Below are positions 59,191-64,000 of a DNA stretch of 64,000 nucleotides, in pieces. Below the pieces are notes generated by a model. That model was not told where the DNA came from. It did not search any database and saw only the letters and a program-made list of their open reading frames with translations. Both the position numbers and the translations under genes were made by a program. Source of the stretch: the human T2T-CHM13v2.0 reference genome, Homo sapiens; NCBI RefSeq assembly GCF_009914755.1, contig NC_060938.1. One strand, written 5' to 3'. Position 1 is the first letter of the stretch. Every line of letters begins with the position of its first letter.

Positions 59191-60549
59191 CCTATGTCAC
59201 ATTATTTCCAATTGCAGATACTACCAGTGGTTCATGAATTAGCTCTCTCCCTAAAAGAGGACTTCGAAAATCTTGCCTTACTGGTTATTTAAAGTTATCA
59301 ATTAAAATAGAGGTTGACCTACTCACACCATCATTTAAAATTCACAGCCTTGCAAAGGCAATGAAGAAAAGTCATGCTTTGTGGAAAGCATCAAAGTATT
59401 ACAACAAAACTACTAATTTAAAGAAAAATGTTACAGAATTTTGAATCAAATTCAAACTGCAGTTTATATGGCAATGTACTTCATGTAAATTAATTTTGGT
59501 ATTACCCATATATTATAATCTATACAAGTGTTTGTAGAATATTAAATGTCTGAAGGTAAAAGTGTAACCTTTCAAAGTAATTAAGGATTTTAGTTGTAAT
59601 AAAGTCATTAAGTAACAAGTGCCCAAGATTAATGATTTTAGCATTTTCTTTTTGTATCTACTGGCTCAAGATGTCCAGCAAGGTTTCTAAATACTTAGTT
59701 CTAATATTTAAATCCATATAGAGATATCTACCTTATTTGGGAAGAATAATGCATGAAAATACCAGATTATAGGAAAATGTTTATTTGTGTGTATTTCTTA
59801 ATAAGGGGATGAGAGAGTAAGTAGTTCATGCATTTTTTTGACAGCATGAATAAAATTTTGCATTTATTTCTTGAAAAAAAATGACAGTTTCAATGAGTAC
59901 CAGAACTGTAAGCAAAGCAATTTTTTTAATTTTAAAAACAATAAAAGATGTTTAAATAAATAATAGAACCTTCAAATGAATATTAAAAAATATTAATATA
60001 ACCTGTTTTTAAATATTTAAGGGAGTGTGAGACAATGGACGTTAAATATGCATGGGCTGTCTTCAATCACGTACAGTTGAAAGAGGAGTTGAAACAGTCC
60101 TGTCTATTTGGAGGACTTCGTATAAGTACAATCTTAATTATTTAACCATTGGAGGAGCACTGAGAAATATGTACTCATTAGAGTGATTTCCTCTCGAGCC
60201 ACATCTTCCCAAGTCAAAAGCATGCCCAACCAAATACTTGTTGTCTGGTTCTTTGTTGGGATTAAAGTCATTTAAGGAAAATTGTGCTCATAATTATTTA
60301 TAAATGCAATATTTATAAAAGAAAATCTAGGAGTTAGAGTATTAGGTCAGGGAATTAAATTCTTCCATTGCCCATTAAGAAGAGTTGAATTGCTACAATT
60401 AATATATGACAACCTCTCTCTCCATGAACACATAGAAGTGTTGGCAGGGTGGTGTGCCTGAAGACAGCATGGAAGATCTATACTTCACCTTCATCAATCC
60501 TTACCCACTGCATCTTTTCTATTTGGCTGTTCCTGAGTTGTATTCACTA

Positions 60550-60800
60550 CAGTTGTCCCCCCTTATCCATGCAAGATACATTCCAAGATCCCCAGCAAAT
60601 GACAGAACTTGCAGATAGTACTGAACACTATATTTACTGTTTTTTTCTTATACATGCATACATACCTATGATAAATTTTCATTTATTAATTAAGCACAGT
60701 AAGAGATGGACAGCAATAACTAATAATAAAAGAATGATTATAATAATATACAGTAATAAAAGTGATGTAAATATAGTCCCTCCTCTTCTCTCTTAAAATA
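60550..60800. mobile_element. MER44/Tigger7 end, truncated by an L1 insertion
   Basis: TA|cagttgtccccccttatccatgcaagatacattccaagatcccc...catacctatgataaa...gcacagtaagaga...aataaaagtgatgtaaat. Confidence 0.8.
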
Positions 60801-61435
60801 CTATAATAAGGAAAGAAGCTGCAGATGCCGGGAAAGAGTGAGTGACTGACCCCCAGGGCTTCACAACCCCACCAATGACTTCAATAATCCGAAGCATGAG
60901 AAAACCGCTTGACTCTCTGGGGGCCTCCAGACTAACACAGAAAGCTGCCTAGATATTATGTAGAGGAATTGCTCCAGAACTGTGACCTGCCCTGGGGCTA
61001 ACACCACCTCTGGTGCAGCTGGCCAAGGTGGAGGGCAGGAGGCTGGGCACTTTCACACACCCTGAAGACAAATCTCCCTGATGCTGATGCTGCAGGCTAT
61101 TATGGGACCAAGACAAGGGGAGATCACCTGTTCCACAGGTGCCTGCCTAAGCTGCTCCCACTGACAGTGGTTCCACCCTCTCCAGAGACAGGCTTACAGT
61201 GCAGCAGGCCAAAATCCCTGAAGGTAGATGCAAAAATCCCAAAAAAATATAACCACATAGAATTCAGCAGCACATCAACATAGTACTGGATGTCCGAGGC
61301 AGAGCAATTAGGCAAGAAAAAGAAATAAAAAGCATCTACATTAAAAAAATGAAGTCAAAGTGTCCCTCTTTGCTGATGACATGATCTTACATCTAGAAAA
61401 ATATAAAGACTTCATTTAAAAAATTCCTAGATTTG

Positions 61436-62841
<1,406 letters not shown>

Positions 62842-64000
62842 GGAATAAATTTAACAAAGGAAGTAAAAGATCTCTGCAAGGGCAACTACAGAACTGATGA
62901 AATAAATTAAAGAGGACACAAACAATTGGAAAGACATTCCATTTTCATGAATAAGAAGAATTGATGTCATTAAAATGATTCTACTGCCCAAAGCAATCTA
63001 TAGATTCAAAGCAGTCCTTACAAAAATGTCAATATCATTTTTCACAGAATTAGAAAAAAACAATCCTGGAATTTGTATGAAACCAAAAAAGAGCCAGAAT
63101 AGCCAAAGCAATCCTAAGCAAAAAGAAAGTTAAAGGCATCATATTACCTAACTTCAAAATATAATATAATACAAGGCCATGGTAACAATAACAGTATAGC
63201 AGTCATATAAAAACAGACTTAGATCAATGGAATGGAGTAATGAGTCCAGACATAAATCCACATATTTTCAGCCAACTGACAATTTGTATAGTGCCAAGAA
63301 CATACAATGGGGAAAAGATACTATCTTCAATAAATGGTGCTGGGAAAACTGAATACCCATATGCAGAAGAAGAAAACTGGATGCCTATCTCTACCCATGT
63401 ACAAACCCAAGATGGAATAAAGACTTATATGTAAAATTTAAAACTATAAAGCCAACTAGAAAACAACATAGGGGAAACACTTTAAGACATCAGTCTAGGC
63501 AAAGAGTTAATGGCTAAGACATTGAAATCACCGGCTACTATAACAAAAATAGACAAATGGGACTATATTAAATTTAAAAGCATCTGCACAGCAAGGGAAA
63601 CAACAGAATGAACTGACAACCTGCTGAATGGGATAAAATATTTTCAAACTATTAATCTGACAAAGGATAATATCTAGAATATACAAAGAACCCAAATAAC
63701 TCAATAATTTTTTTAAAATCTCATTAAAAGTGGCCTAAAGACATAAATAGATATTTCTCAAAAGAAGACATAAAAAATGGCCAACAGGTATCTGAAAAAC
63801 TGCTCAACATCACTAATCATTAGGAAAATGCAAATCAAAACCACAATTACCTTACCAATTACCTTACCCCAGTTAGAATGGCTATTACTAAAAAGACAAA
63901 AAACAAAACAAAACAAAAACACAAAAAAACAGATACTGGTGAGGATGCAGAGAAAAGACAATTCATACACTGCTAGTGGGCAAGTAAATTAGTATACCCA

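Overview
This is AT-rich primate (very probably human) genomic DNA lying entirely within MDGA2 (MAM domain-containing GPI anchor protein 2), transcribed on the minus strand. In human this gene is at 14q21.3 (recalled, not derivable from the window). Two coding exons are present. A 270-nt phase-1/1 exon at 50280-50549 encodes the sixth Ig domain. A 149-nt exon at 12902-13050, missing from the ORF track, encodes the start of the FnIII domain. They splice in frame across a 37,229-nt GT-AG intron. The rest is intronic and rich in transposable elements: 13 Alus (most with visible TSDs), L1 fragments of several ages, MaLR solo LTRs (THE1, MSTA, MLT1), DNA transposons (MER6A, MER44/Tigger7, MER58, MER5, MER91A, MER96B), L2/MIR/L3 relics, microsatellites and short tandem duplications. 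Almost all other ORFs in the track are repeat-derived or random. I see no convincing new biological system. The points worth following up are: a three-level nested insertion containing a twin-primed L1PA; an L1 whose 5'UTR is fused directly to mid-ORF2 (possibly retrotransposed from spliced RNA); a CpG-retaining 1.2-1.5 kb island that looks foreign to this isochore; a candidate poison Alu exon; and inverted-Alu geometry around the exons. Repeat subfamily calls come from memory of consensus sequences and need RepeatMasker/Dfam confirmation.
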